Shown: positions 1 to 12,483, counted from the stretch's first letter. The stretch: 64,000 nucleotides of DNA from Chloroflexota bacterium (GCA_027623195.1 JAQBUT010000011.1:6432-70431); one strand, 5' to 3'. Made by a program: numbers and translations. The notes: a model not told the origin generated them from the sequence alone.

Positions 1-2
1 AA

Positions 3-164
3 GAGACTCTTGACTATTTCATCGAGGTAATGAAAACTATAGCGCGGGAAGCCCGCGACGAGCCTAGTCTGCTGCATGACGCTCCTCACGACACTCCGAA
101 TTCACGACTGGATGAGGCCAGGGCAGCCCGTCAGCCCGACCTTCGGTGGCGTCGACAGACTTAG
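3..164 (+). CDS. gcvPB: Glycine dehydrogenase (decarboxylating) subunit 2, C-terminal fragment (5'-truncated by window edge)
   Basis: Frame 3 reads [49 protein letters not shown], the typical GcvPB C-terminus; stop TAG 162-164. Confidence 0.85.
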   Translation, partial: ETLDYFIEVMKTIAREARDEPSLLHDAPHDTPNSRLDEARAARQPDLRWRRQT

Positions 165-218
165 TCTCCATTGGCTCCCGTGACCGAAACCTTGGAATTT
201 CCTAGTTAGGAGTAAAGC

Positions 219-677
219 ATGGCAGATGTTGGACAGCAGGCGCCGGATTTCACACTTCCAGCGCAAGATTCGAGCGCGGTATCGCTCAGCGATTACAAAG
301 GGAAGAAGAACGTAGTTCTCTCGTTCCACATATTCTCATTCACAGGTGGTTGAACGGACCAAGTCTCCTTGTTCCGCAGGGCCAACGCCCTGTTCGAGGA
401 GAAGGATACCCAGGTTCTGGGTATAAGCAACGACTCCAGGCCGACACAGACGGCCTATTCGATGTCTTTGGGTAATATTTCTTACCCAATATTGTCGGAC
501 TTCCATCCCAAGGGACAGGTGACCAATGCCTATGGGATTTGGAACGAGCAGCGCGGGGCGTCCAACCGCGCAATCTTCGTAATAGATAAAGAAGGCGTTA
601 TCCGTTTCAAGCGGATCTACGACAGCGCCGCCGATCTGGACCCCAAGGACATCCTGGCGGAGATCGATAAGCTGTAG
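219..677 (+). CDS. Selenocysteine-containing peroxiredoxin (AhpC/TSA, AhpE/BCP-like), 152 aa, in-frame TGA at 351-353
   Basis: AGGAG RBS then ATG 219; MADVGQQAPDFTL...VVLSFHIFSFTGG-TGA-TDQ continues in frame into ORF 369..677 (GISND, LSDF, RAIFVIDKEG); TGA occupies the peroxidatic Cys position of FTxxC. Confidence 0.85.
355..376 (+). promoter_or_regulatory. Candidate SECIS hairpin immediately 3' of the Sec UGA
   Basis: CGGA-C-CAAG/TCTC loop/CTTG-T-TCCG stem-loop beginning 1 nt after TGA. Confidence 0.5.
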
Positions 678-789
678 GGATTCCTGAGGGTTAGGCAAGT
701 ATAGAGGGCCGGCTGAACAATACGCAGACCGGCCCTCTCGTGTTTTCCAAAATCTGTATGGGCCGCTGGGACGGTTCTGGAGTAACTAT

Positions 790-1644
790 ATGGTGGAAAT
801 TAAGGCGCCTTCTCAGCTCTTTGGCGTGGGCGACAAGGTTCTTATACAGGACAAACGAGGTAGGCATTACCTCATCACACTGGCCCTATCCAAAAAATTT
901 GAGTCGCATATCGGCGCCTTTCCGCATGAGGACTTGATCGGTCAGGAGGACGGTGCGTGGGTGACCACGAACAAAGGCCATGTCCTGCTGGCAGTGAAGC
1001 CCACCATGGCCGAATATGTCGTTGAGATGCCTCGTATCGCCACCGTTAGCTATCCAAAGGACACTGGAGCAATTCTTGTGTATGGCGATATCTTTCCGGG
1101 CGCTCGGGTGCTGGAAGCGGGCTCCGGCTCTGGCGCGCTAACGATGAATTTGCTTCGGGCCGTGGGTGAGCATGGCCGGGTGTACTCATATGACTTGCGC
1201 GAGGATATGCTGGCCCGGGCCCAAAAGAACGTAGAATCCATGCTGGGAGACGCGCCTAATGTCGAGTTCAAACAGGGCGACGTCTACCAGGGAATCGACG
1301 AAGACGATTTGGACCGCGTAGTCTTAGACCTGCCTGAGCCTTGGCAGGTAGTGCCGCATGCTTCGGACAAGCTGGCGCGCGGCGGTCTGTTCGTTAGCTT
1401 CCTGCCAACCGTTTTGCAAATTCATGAGTTGACCAATGCCCTACGAGAACAACGCACCTTCGAGATGATCGAGACTTTTGAGGTTCTCATGAGGCCATGG
1501 GCCGTGAGTGGTCGCAGCGTTCGGCCATCGCACAGGATGGTCGGGCATACAGGATTCATTACTACGGCACGCAGGTGCGCGCCCCGCCCCTACCCTTCCG
1601 CCCTACAGGAAGAAGCGCCGGAAACTGAGGAAACTACTGACTAG
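790..1644 (+). CDS. trmI: tRNA (adenine-58-N1)-methyltransferase, TrmI/GCD14 family
   Basis: YPKD, VLEAGSGSGALT, LDLPEPW and RPSHRMVGHTGF motifs. Confidence 0.92.
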   Translation: MVEIKAPSQLFGVGDKVLIQDKRGRHYLITLALSKKFESHIGAFPHEDLIGQEDGAWVTTNKGHVLLAVKPTMAEYVVEMPRIATVSYPKDTGAILVYGDIFPGARVLEAGSGSGALTMNLLRAVGEHGRVYSYDLREDMLARAQKNVESMLGDAPNVEFKQGDVYQGIDEDDLDRVVLDLPEPWQVVPHASDKLARGGLFVSFLPTVLQIHELTNALREQRTFEMIETFEVLMRPWAVSGRSVRPSHRMVGHTGFITTARRCAPRPYPSALQEEAPETEETTD

Positions 1645-2867
1645 TCGTCCTCTTTGCCTTCGTCCGGCCACAAAGCGTCTAACGTGAAGTTTGATTGCGG
1701 GTAGGTGGATTCCGTTGTGGACATGTGATGATCTGCCTTAATCGGTGGGGTTACATCTTCCAGGAAAGCCTTGGAGGGAAACAGGTTCCCTGCAGACAGG
1801 CCCGGAATGCCTTTGGACTGCACCAGGACTTTGAAGTTACCGAAGCCTTCGGCGTCAGCCAGTTCCTGCATGGCTCGCAAGTTGGAGGTACGTTCGCGCA
1901 GAGGGATGTCCAGCCTTCTCAAGCCCTCCATCATGGCGTCCAAACCAAGCCCCTTAAAGTAATCGCCCTGGTTCAGGTAGGTCACGTTTCGCAGTCCGCT
2001 TGATTCCCCGTCCGACATTAGCTGCGAAAAATCGACGTGAGCCGTGAGGTCTTGTCTCCCGATGCGCTGGTAAGGGCTGGAACCATCTACATGTTTGTAG
2101 TAGGTCTGTAGGGTGCCCATAGTTCTGGCTGGTGAATAGAGCTCTTCCGATAGGTATCCGTAATCGACGGTAATCACGAAGCCTCGATCAAGTGAAGACG
2201 CTATTTCTCGAATCCAGGGTTCCATGTGCAAGTTGACCTCGCCCTCATAACCGTCCGGCCAACCCCAGTCCAGTCTAGCCAGCCGCCTCTCGATGTCGGG
2301 AGTTGAAGGCTCTCCCGTCACCTCAATGATTCCGTCGCGGTCATTGTATGAAACGTAAATCTCTCGAAGGCGGCCCGCCTCCATACGGAAGCGATGTACT
2401 GGAAAGGCGTCCGGTAGCTCGTTCGAGAAAATACATCCCGTAATGCCTCTTAGTGGTACGCCTTCCGTAAGAATGCGTTGGCCTGTGCTGGATTCAACAG
2501 ACGTAGGATACCTGTCCAGAGACAAGTAACAAATGGATGTCTGAAAGGCCAAGGGAAGATTGCTCACATAAGCGGCAAGGTCTCGACTGAGGATGCCTGC
2601 GCCCGCCCCAAGCTCAACGGCGTAAAATGGGCTCGGCCTGTCCAGTAGCTCCCACATGCTATAAAGCTGATTGGCGATGCAGGCCCCAAACGCTGGGTGT
2701 ACGGCGGGGCCTGTGTAGAAGTCGCCAGACTCCCCAAAAGGCGCGGGCGATGAGTAATAACCTCCGTCCGGGTGGTATAGCGCCAGCCGCATGAACTCTT
2801 CGAAGGTGATCTTGCCTTCTTGTCTTATTCTGCGCCTGATCTCTTTCTCTGGTCCGCTTTTACTCAT
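1641..2867 (-). CDS. SAM-dependent methyltransferase, MidA/NDUFAF7 family
   Basis: FMRLALYHPDGGYY, GDFYT, ELGAGAG, FSNELPDAFP, DYG and QDLTAHVDF motifs. Confidence 0.88.
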   Translation of the reverse strand: MSKSGPEKEIRRRIRQEGKITFEEFMRLALYHPDGGYYSSPAPFGESGDFYTGPAVHPAFGACIANQLYSMWELLDRPSPFYAVELGAGAGILSRDLAAYVSNLPLAFQTSICYLSLDRYPTSVESSTGQRILTEGVPLRGITGCIFSNELPDAFPVHRFRMEAGRLREIYVSYNDRDGIIEVTGEPSTPDIERRLARLDWGWPDGYEGEVNLHMEPWIREIASSLDRGFVITVDYGYLSEELYSPARTMGTLQTYYKHVDGSSPYQRIGRQDLTAHVDFSQLMSDGESSGLRNVTYLNQGDYFKGLGLDAMMEGLRRLDIPLRERTSNLRAMQELADAEGFGNFKVLVQSKGIPGLSAGNLFPSKAFLEDVTPPIKADHHMSTTESTYPQSNFTLDALWPDEGKEDD

Positions 2868-2882
2868 AGTATTGACCTAAAT

Positions 2883-2915
2883 AAAAAAGGGAGGCACCTG
2901 CGAAGATGCCTCCCT
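2883..2915 (-). terminator. Intrinsic terminator downstream of the small Zn-finger gene
   Basis: AGGGAGGCA/TGCCTCCCT stem with an A-run on the plus-strand 5' side (U-tract on minus). Confidence 0.75.
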
Positions 2916-2938
2916 GATATTCATAAATTACGACGAAT

Positions 2939-3142
2939 TTAGGTAGTCGTTTTGGCCTGTTTAGCACGCCTGCCCTGTGGGTTTTCTCGGTCCCAGCCGG
3001 AACCTTGAATTGAGTTCTTGAACTCGGATCGCTCGCCGCAGTGCTTGCAGACACCGTTGCTGACTGGGCCATTGGGGCTATCGATCATCCAGTAATGTTG
3101 GCACTCTGATACTGGTTGCTCCACTTCTTCATCTGCTGTCAA
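2939..3142 (-). CDS. Small hypothetical protein with a putative Zn-binding CxH...CxxC motif
   Basis: CQHYWMID...GVCKHCG; GGGGG SD-like sequence before the TTG start; followed by a terminator. Confidence 0.7.
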   Translation of the reverse strand: MTADEEVEQPVSECQHYWMIDSPNGPVSNGVCKHCGERSEFKNSIQGSGWDRENPQGRRAKQAKTTT

Positions 3143-3174
3143 AGTTCATTCCCCCTAATCACCACCCAAGGTGT

Positions 3175-4323
3175 TTAAATACTTTGGCGTTCTTCCATAG
3201 GTACGTACGGTACGTCCATCTCACCTACATATTGTAGCCTGGGCCGAAGCAGAATGTTATTTTCGAACTGCTCCACAACCTGAACCGTCCAGCCCGGTAT
3301 GCGACCCATCGCGAAAATAGAGATGAACAGGTCGTCCGGTATTCCTAGCAGGTAGTAAATGGCACCTGAGAAGAAGTCCACGTTTTGGCAGATACCTCGC
3401 CTGGAATACGGCTCCATACTCTTGGTCACCGACTCCAATATGGAGAACCATTTGGGCTGGCCCTTGCGCTCACCCAACTCTTTGGCGTCATCCTTCAGGT
3501 GGAAGGACCGCGGGTCGGTGGCTCGGTATACCCGATGGCCAAAGCCCATAACGCGCCCGCCGCCGCTGAGCAGATCTCGAACGTACTCTTCGGCCTTGTC
3601 TTCCTCACCGATATCCAAGGCCATCTTCATGACCTCTTCGGCCGCGCCGCCGTGCGATGGGCCTTTAAGGACACCGATGCCTGTGGTGACTGCGCAATGC
3701 AGGTCCGCTTGCGTGGAGGCCGCAACCCTTGCTCCGAACGAGGAGGCGTTTATGCCGTGCTCGGCGTGCAAGATGAAGTCTTTGTCAATCAGGTGGGCAT
3801 CTCGTGGGTCCGGCTCTTCTCCGAAAAGCATATACAGGAAGTTGGCCGCCTGATTCATGGTAGTGCTTGGCGCGATAGGCTCTTTGCCATCGCGTATGCG
3901 GGCATGGGCCGCCACGATGGTCGGAGCCATTGCCGTTAGACGAATACCCTTACGAATTGTCGCTTCAATGGAATTGTCTTCCGTCTCGGGATCGAAAGCT
4001 GAAAGCGCAGATACAGAAGTCCGCAGCACATCCATAGGATGCGAGTCTTTTACGATTTCGATGACCGAAAAGATATCCTCGGGGAGAGCCCTGTTGGCCT
4101 TCAATTCCAATTCAAAGGCATCCAACTGGCTCTGAGTGGGAAGTGCCGCGTACATGAGGAGGTATATTGTCTCCTCGAACGTGGACTTCTGAGCCAAGTC
4201 GTCAATGTTATAGCCCCTGTAAAGGAGCTTTCCGATCTTGCCGTCTATGAAGCTGGACTTGGTTCGATCTATGTATACATCTCGAAGGCCTCTTTTGATC
4301 TCGACCTTCTGTTCAGACGCCAT
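3175..4323 (-). CDS. gltA: Citrate synthase (or 2-methylcitrate synthase family)
   Basis: LYRGY, HAEHGINAS, GPSHGGA, MGFGHRVY and NVDF motifs; GGAGG RBS before ATG 4323. Confidence 0.9.
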   Translation of the reverse strand: MASEQKVEIKRGLRDVYIDRTKSSFIDGKIGKLLYRGYNIDDLAQKSTFEETIYLLMYAALPTQSQLDAFELELKANRALPEDIFSVIEIVKDSHPMDVLRTSVSALSAFDPETEDNSIEATIRKGIRLTAMAPTIVAAHARIRDGKEPIAPSTTMNQAANFLYMLFGEEPDPRDAHLIDKDFILHAEHGINASSFGARVAASTQADLHCAVTTGIGVLKGPSHGGAAEEVMKMALDIGEEDKAEEYVRDLLSGGGRVMGFGHRVYRATDPRSFHLKDDAKELGERKGQPKWFSILESVTKSMEPYSRRGICQNVDFFSGAIYYLLGIPDDLFISIFAMGRIPGWTVQVVEQFENNILLRPRLQYVGEMDVPYVPMEERQSI

Positions 4324-4408
4324 ACCAAATCCTCCAGGGCAAATATTTTGTTTGACTGTTATTAAATTGGTCGTCCTCGTGGGTGCCATCGCCCGCGAGA
4401 GCATGCCA

Positions 4409-4437
4409 ATTTTAGCATTACGCCTATATGCTGTCAA
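4409..4437 (-). promoter_or_regulatory. Sigma70-type promoter of citrate synthase
   Basis: TTGACA-N17-TAAAAT with extended -10 TG on the minus strand. Confidence 0.65.
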
Positions 4438-4583
4438 GAAACGAATAAAGGCATAAAAACTCCCTTGGAGCAGCTTATTACCACGTGCAAGGATCCCAAC
4501 TGTTCGGTGCTGATGTGAATGATTTCTAGTTCAAAAGGTAGGTGTTACCTTGATGGCAATCTAAACCTCTGCTACGATTTAAG

Positions 4584-4601
4584 TAGTGATTACATTCACA
4601 A
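4584..4601. promoter_or_regulatory. Rex operator (rex autoregulation)
   Basis: TAGTGATTACATTCACAA matches 12/14 of TTGTGAA-N4-TTCACAA; 5 bp upstream of the rex -35. Confidence 0.7.
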
Positions 4602-4606
4602 AGTTA

Positions 4607-4635
4607 TTGACGAACTATTTGAGTAATTATAGAAT
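4607..4635 (+). promoter_or_regulatory. Sigma70-type promoter of rex
   Basis: TTGACG-N17-TAGAAT. Confidence 0.65.
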
Positions 4636-4740
4636 ATTGGCGTTCGGATGTGATAATGCGCAGGGTGCGTAGGAACCCTTATTTAGTTCGGTGAATTCGC
4701 ACCTTGAGAACCGATCAATGCTGTATCCCTAGGAATGTGC

Positions 4741-5361
4741 ATGGACTCATTTTCAGTCCCAGAAGTAGTGGTGCTTCGGCTCCCTCTTTACGTTAGGGCG
4801 CTCAGCCAACTGAGGGACGGTGGGACTGATGTGGTCAGTTCACAACAGCTTGGCAGCCTTCTGCAGATGACGCCTGCGCAGATTCGAAAGGACCTCAGCT
4901 ACTTTGGGAGGTTTGGCAAGCAGGGACGCGGCTATAACGTGCGGTTCCTTTTGCACGAGTTGCGGGAGATCCTGGGACTCGACCGCGAGTGGAGGGCCTG
5001 CCTCATAGGGGTGGGTCGTCTGGGCCACGCCATCATCAACTACCCCGGATTCTCTCCTGAAGGCTTCAAGATAGTTGCGGCCTTCGATGGCGACTCCGAT
5101 CAGGTCGGCACCTCCATCGGCGGATTCAAGGTGCGACCCATGGAAGACCTCGCCGAGGTTGTCAACGAGATGAAAATCTCCATTGGCATTGTTGCCGTTC
5201 CGGCTTCTCAGGCGCAGGAAGTCATCGAGAAGCTAATCGAAAACAAGGTAAAGGGTATCCTGAATTATGCCCCTGTTGCGCCTCAGGTCCCGATGAACAC
5301 AGTTATTCGGAACATTGATCCCGTGCTATCCCTTCAATCCATGACCTTTTACCTGAGGTAG
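4741..5361 (+). CDS. rex: Redox-sensing transcriptional repressor Rex
   Basis: RLPLY, QIRKDLSYFGRFGKQGRGY winged helix; GVGRLG Rossmann motif; ILNYAP. Confidence 0.95.
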   Translation: MDSFSVPEVVVLRLPLYVRALSQLRDGGTDVVSSQQLGSLLQMTPAQIRKDLSYFGRFGKQGRGYNVRFLLHELREILGLDREWRACLIGVGRLGHAIINYPGFSPEGFKIVAAFDGDSDQVGTSIGGFKVRPMEDLAEVVNEMKISIGIVAVPASQAQEVIEKLIENKVKGILNYAPVAPQVPMNTVIRNIDPVLSLQSMTFYLR

Positions 5362-5514
5362 CCTTCCTCGGTTCTGGTATTCCAATGAAGTGGGTCTAGG
5401 CATTCCGACCATTGAAGCCTAATTGACCATTCTCCTCCGTTGATGGCGATTTGGAGCGACATTTAACGTGCGGCCTTGTGCAAAATTGCATCAAGGACAA
5501 TATGGCAACAATAT

Positions 5515-5549
5515 AAAAAGACCGGTGATTCTTGTTCACCGGTCTTTTT
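5515..5549. terminator. Bidirectional intrinsic terminator between rex and atpC
   Basis: AAAAAGACCGGTGA-N7-TCACCGGTCTTTTT perfect inverted repeat with A/T tails. Confidence 0.85.
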
Positions 5550-5578
5550 ATTTGGATTCGGTTTTTTCCGAAGGGAGT

Positions 5579-6028
5579 CTACTGTGTAGGCGGTTGTTGC
5601 GTCGGGCGCTCTCCCCGCTGCTGCCTCCGTCGTCGCGTGACGACCCCGATCCGGGCCTGAGATCGCTTGAGCGAGGCCATCGCTCTCTGCAGATCCATTT
5701 CTGAAACGGCAGACGAAATGCGCTCCTGAGCCCTCTTGAAGGCGGCCTCTGCTCGCTCGGCGTCGATATCCTCAACGCGTTCGGCCGTGTCCGCCAGTAT
5801 GGTGACTGTGTTGGACATGACCTCAATGAAGCCCCCGCTTACGGTCATGTAGGTCTCTTTGCCGTCCTTGCTGACTCGAATTTCTCCGGGCTGCAAAACC
5901 GTAAGAAGCGGCGCGTGTCGCGGCAAAATGCCCAGCTCACCTTCGATGCCTGGCGCAACCAAGACATCTACATCCTCAGAGTAGACCAGCCGCTCTGCGG
6001 TTACTATTTCCAGTTTCATTGGGGCCAT
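5579..6028 (-). CDS. atpC: ATP synthase F1 epsilon subunit
   Basis: LEIVTAER, GELGILPRHAPL and SGGFIEV motifs; operon position. Confidence 0.95.
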   Translation of the reverse strand: MAPMKLEIVTAERLVYSEDVDVLVAPGIEGELGILPRHAPLLTVLQPGEIRVSKDGKETYMTVSGGFIEVMSNTVTILADTAERVEDIDAERAEAAFKRAQERISSAVSEMDLQRAMASLKRSQARIGVVTRRRRQQRGERPTQQPPTQ

Positions 6029-6061
6029 TGGTTAGTCCTCAGCAGACTTTGAATTATCGGG

Positions 6062-8351
<2,290 letters not shown>

Positions 8352-8366
8352 CGATGCTAGAACCTA

Positions 8367-9878
8367 TTAGTAAGGCACATTGGCCTTGAATTCCGTAATG
8401 GCTGCGTTCAGGGATTCGGCAGTTTCGTCGGAAACGTCTCCCGAGTCGGCTATGGTGCCGAGCAGGTCTCTATGACTTGAAACCATGTAGCTGTGGAAGC
8501 CAGCCTCAAACGCGGCGATTCTTGGAATCTCCACGTCGTCCAGATGGCCGTTGATGAGAGCGAACAGAATCCCTACTTGCTGCTCCACAGGCAATGGCGA
8601 GTTCTGCCCTTGCTTCAAGATCTCGGTTGCTCTCTGACCGCGCTCCAGCTGCTGTCTTGTGGATGCGTCCAGATCGGCGGTACCGAACTGAGCGAAGGTT
8701 ACAAGCTCTCGGTACTGGGCCAGGTCCAACCGAAGCCGTCCCGCGACCCCTCTGACTGCCCTGGTCTGAGCGGCACTGCCCACGCGCGAAACTGAGAGAC
8801 CTGCATTCACAGCGGGCCTGATTCCGGCGTTGAACAGCTCGGGCTCCAGGTATATCTGACCGTCGGTAATGGAGATGACGTTGGTGGGCACGTATGCCGA
8901 CACGTCGCCGGCGAGGGTCTCAATGATAGGCAATGCAGTGACCGAACCGCCGCCGTGGGCCTCGTCTAGCTTTGCCGCGCGCTCAAGCAGGCGGCTGTGG
9001 AGGTAGAAGACGTCACCAGGGTACGCTTCACGTCCCGGAGGGCGTCTTAGCAGGAGGGACATCTGTCTATATGCCCACGCATGCTTGGAAAGATCGTCAT
9101 AAATGATTAGGGCATCCTTGCCCTGCCACATGAATTCCTCGGCCATGGCGCAACCCGCGTAAGGGGCGAGGTATTGCATTGGGGCCGGGTCTGATGAGTT
9201 GGCGGCCACTATGATGGTATGTTCCAGTGCGCCGTGCTCTTCAAGGAGGCCTAGCACCTGTGCCACCTTGCTGGCCTTCTGGCCAATGGCAACGTAGATG
9301 CAGACCAGATCGCCGCCCTTCTGGTTGATGATTGTGTCAATTGCGATGGCGGTCTTGCCCGTGGAACGGTCCCCGATGATGAGCTCACGCTGTCCTCGGC
9401 CTACCGGGATCATGGCGTCGATGGCCTTGATACCCGTCTGTACAGGCCTGTTAACCGAGCTGCGGATTGCCACGTTAGGCGCGACGACTTCAACCTCACG
9501 GGTGCTGGTGGTGTTAATTGGCCCCTTGCCGTCTATCGGCTGTCCCAGGGCATCTACGACGCGGCCCATAAGAGCCTCGCCAACGGGAACCACCACAACT
9601 CGCCCGGTACTTCGGACCTCGGTGCCCTCCTTAATCCCTAGAGGTTCACCCATGATGACCGCGCCGACGCTGTCTTCTTCAAGGTTCAGCGCCATTCCCA
9701 TGATGCCTCCCTCGAACGACAGCAGTTCGCCGTACGCTACACCTGAAAGCCCATGGATCTGCGCAATGCCGTCACCGACTGCGATTACGGTGCCCACGTC
9801 TACCATTTCAAGCTCTTGACCGAACCCTTCGATCTGACGCTTGATTACCGACGCAATGTCTTGTCCTCTGACTGCCAT
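8367..9878 (-). CDS. atpA: ATP synthase F1 alpha subunit
   Basis: [41 protein letters not shown]. Confidence 0.98.
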   Translation of the reverse strand: MAVRGQDIASVIKRQIEGFGQELEMVDVGTVIAVGDGIAQIHGLSGVAYGELLSFEGGIMGMALNLEEDSVGAVIMGEPLGIKEGTEVRSTGRVVVVPVGEALMGRVVDALGQPIDGKGPINTTSTREVEVVAPNVAIRSSVNRPVQTGIKAIDAMIPVGRGQRELIIGDRSTGKTAIAIDTIINQKGGDLVCIYVAIGQKASKVAQVLGLLEEHGALEHTIIVAANSSDPAPMQYLAPYAGCAMAEEFMWQGKDALIIYDDLSKHAWAYRQMSLLLRRPPGREAYPGDVFYLHSRLLERAAKLDEAHGGGSVTALPIIETLAGDVSAYVPTNVISITDGQIYLEPELFNAGIRPAVNAGLSVSRVGSAAQTRAVRGVAGRLRLDLAQYRELVTFAQFGTADLDASTRQQLERGQRATEILKQGQNSPLPVEQQVGILFALINGHLDDVEIPRIAAFEAGFHSYMVSSHRDLLGTIADSGDVSDETAESLNAAITEFKANVPY

Positions 9879-9912
9879 TCCAGCCTCCGTGGATTTTACG
9901 GTTTTACTATCT

Positions 9913-10452
9913 TTAGGCTTGCTGTACTAACTCTCGGCGGAGACCCTCCAGCTTAGTGCGGGTGCTGCCGTCGATGACCCTGTCGCCGACTCGAGCCACG
10001 ATTCCGCCAAGTATCTGAGGATCGATGCGGACCGTGAGGACGATCTCTTTGCCTACTATCCCTTTAAGCATGTTCCCTACCGAGGACTGTTGCTCGTCCG
10101 TCAGTGGTACCGCCGATATGACCTCGGCGCGTTCAATGCCGCGATGGGCATCCAGCATTTCCTGATACGCCTCTGCTATGGCCGGCAACAAATGTACGGA
10201 GTTGCGACTGGCAAGAAGCGTCATCAGGTTACGGGTCAGCGGATTTATGGAGCCGCCAACAGTCTCGTCAATCAGACCGCTTTTCTGACTAACCGTAACT
10301 TGCGGCGCGTCTAGAATCTCAGAAAACTCCTGGCTTTCCATGGCGCCTGCAAGGTAGCCCAGGTCGTCAGACCACGTTTCGAACTCGTCCTTCTCCAGGG
10401 CTAGCTCAAATGCGGCTTGGGCATATCTACGTGCTGAAGCACCCTTTGGCAT
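9913..10452 (-). CDS. atpH: ATP synthase F1 delta subunit
   Basis: ARRYAQA N-terminus, [21 protein letters not shown]-terminus; start taken at ATG 10452. Confidence 0.93.
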   Translation of the reverse strand: MPKGASARRYAQAAFELALEKDEFETWSDDLGYLAGAMESQEFSEILDAPQVTVSQKSGLIDETVGGSINPLTRNLMTLLASRNSVHLLPAIAEAYQEMLDAHRGIERAEVISAVPLTDEQQSSVGNMLKGIVGKEIVLTVRIDPQILGGIVARVGDRVIDGSTRTKLEGLRRELVQQA

Positions 10453-10536
10453 AGAAGTTCTCTTTTCGTGAATTTGGTGGCGACGGCCCCGACCGTTAAG
10501 AGGCCGTCGATTCGCTAACACATGAGTAGTGTCAGA

Positions 10537-11040
10537 CTAGTTTCGGCCCGCCCGTGAGTTGCCCTCTTCGAGCACTCGGTTGATGATGTCCTGATGTGTC
10601 GGTGCGTCAAGTGACCTTTCGATCACCCTTTCAGCCGCCATGATAGCCATCCCAGCGAACTCGCGGCGCAAGTCTTCAATCGCCGCGTCGCGCTCGCGCT
10701 GGATGTTCGCGGTCGCCCTGGTCCGCTCGCCTTCGATATCCTGGCGGGCCTTGGCCAGCTCCTCTTCACGGAACCTGTCGGCAACCTCTCTGGCCTGGGC
10801 AATAAGCTGCTGGCCTTCGGTGCGGGCCGCCTCGATTTGCCCCTGCATTGCTTCCTGCTGCGAAGTGGCTTCCTGGCGCACGCGATCCGCCGTCTCCAGG
10901 CTCTCCTGAATTCGGTTGGCACGCTGCTCCAGCATTCCCAATATGGGCCTATACAGCAGCTTGTAAAGTATCGCAAAGAGTATTACGAAGCTGACAATCT
11001 GAGTAATTAGGCCGACTAAATTGATTCCTAAGGCTCCCAT
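10537..11040 (-). CDS. atpF: ATP synthase Fo b subunit
   Basis: N-terminal TM helix then long charged coiled coil; operon position. Confidence 0.93.
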   Translation of the reverse strand: MGALGINLVGLITQIVSFVILFAILYKLLYRPILGMLEQRANRIQESLETADRVRQEATSQQEAMQGQIEAARTEGQQLIAQAREVADRFREEELAKARQDIEGERTRATANIQRERDAAIEDLRREFAGMAIMAAERVIERSLDAPTHQDIINRVLEEGNSRAGRN

Positions 11041-11108
11041 GCCTTCTCCTCTAAATAGTCTGGATATGTGAGTTGGCTAAATCCCTTATACCAGGGATGG
11101 AGCCGTCA

Positions 11109-11339
<231 letters not shown>

Positions 11340-11412
11340 TTACTCCTCATTTAAGGTTGTGTTGATTTATCTAGCAGCCGCTCTCTCTTCGGGGGGCCGC
11401 CAATTAACAGAC

Positions 11413-12483
11413 TTAGTGATGATCCTCGCCGCCATGGCTGGTCGTCGCCATGACTGCGAATACCAGGGTGAGCATCGCGAAGATGAACGCTTGGATGACC
11501 CCGACGAAAAGCTCCAGCCCCAGGAAAGGAATGATTCCGATCAGGGGAAGCAGGAACGCCATGGCAACCAGCAAGACCTCGCCCGCGAAGATGTTGCCGA
11601 ATAGTCGGAAGGTAAAGCTGATTATCCTGGCAAGCTCGCTGATGGCTTCTAGTATACCTACGAAGAACCCAATAGGTCCTTCCTTAAAGTTAATGAACTT
11701 CCCTATATGCCCAAGGAACCCCAGCGTGGAGAAGCCCCAGAAGTGCACCATAACCATTGCCACCAGGGCGATGGCCAGGGTTGTGTTTACATCGGTGTTT
11801 GCGCTACGCAGGAACGGTATCAAAAGACCGGCTGTCTTACCATCGCCTGCGCCCTGGTCGTGTTCAAACTGCTCGGCCGTGATCTGCTGATCCAACGACC
11901 CAGGAGCCAAATAAACGAACCCGCCATCGCCCTCAAACACATGAAGGTTGATCTCCTCCAGGTTCGCATGGCCGCCGTCATCTTCGGCGAGCTCTTCCTG
12001 GTGATGGATAACCTCTTCGGCAGGCTCTATCCAGCCTATCGTGCCATACCCCGGCAGGATGCCCATCCAGTTGGAGATCATGATGTACAGGAAGATAGTC
12101 ATAACCAAGGGGAAGAAGCGACGCGCCCGCTCTTTGCCGGCGATGCTTTCCGCCAGGTTCAGGAAGAACTCGATGAAGACCTCGAGCAGATTTTGCATTC
12201 CGCGAGGGACTTCGCTTAAGTTTCGGGTGGCCAGATAGGAGATGACTGCAAGTACGATGATTGACAGCCATGCCGTAACCATCGTGTTCATAAGGGTAAA
12301 GCCAGGGAAGAGTTCGCCCGGTAGGAAGGGTTCTGCCGGAATTTGAATAGATGCGATTGGTGTGCTTAGGAAGCCGAATCCGAAGGCATTACCAAGCGCC
12401 CCGCCGGCAAGACTTGTGAGAAAAACGATGCCCGTAATTATCAATATGGCGAGCACCTTGGGATTCCCCAGGAGTCCTGACAC
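11413..12483 (-). CDS. atpB: ATP synthase Fo a subunit with a long acidic loop insertion
   Basis: PRGMQNLLE, NWMGILPG, SFTFRLFGNIFAGE and QAFIFAMLT motifs. Confidence 0.95.
   Translation of the reverse strand: MSGLLGNPKVLAILIITGIVFLTSLAGGALGNAFGFGFLSTPIASIQIPAEPFLPGELFPGFTLMNTMVTAWLSIIVLAVISYLATRNLSEVPRGMQNLLEVFIEFFLNLAESIAGKERARRFFPLVMTIFLYIMISNWMGILPGYGTIGWIEPAEEVIHHQEELAEDDGGHANLEEINLHVFEGDGGFVYLAPGSLDQQITAEQFEHDQGAGDGKTAGLLIPFLRSANTDVNTTLAIALVAMVMVHFWGFSTLGFLGHIGKFINFKEGPIGFFVGILEAISELARIISFTFRLFGNIFAGEVLLVAMAFLLPLIGIIPFLGLELFVGVIQAFIFAMLTLVFAVMATTSHGGEDHH

Noticed and set aside
369-677. 102-aa ORF as a complete gene
   Set aside because: It is only the part of the peroxiredoxin downstream of the Sec UGA; the true start is 219.
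5474-5496. CCTTGTGCAAAATTGCATCAAGG as a third Rex box
   Set aside because: Wrong half-site spacing and located between convergent gene ends; more likely an RNA hairpin or chance.
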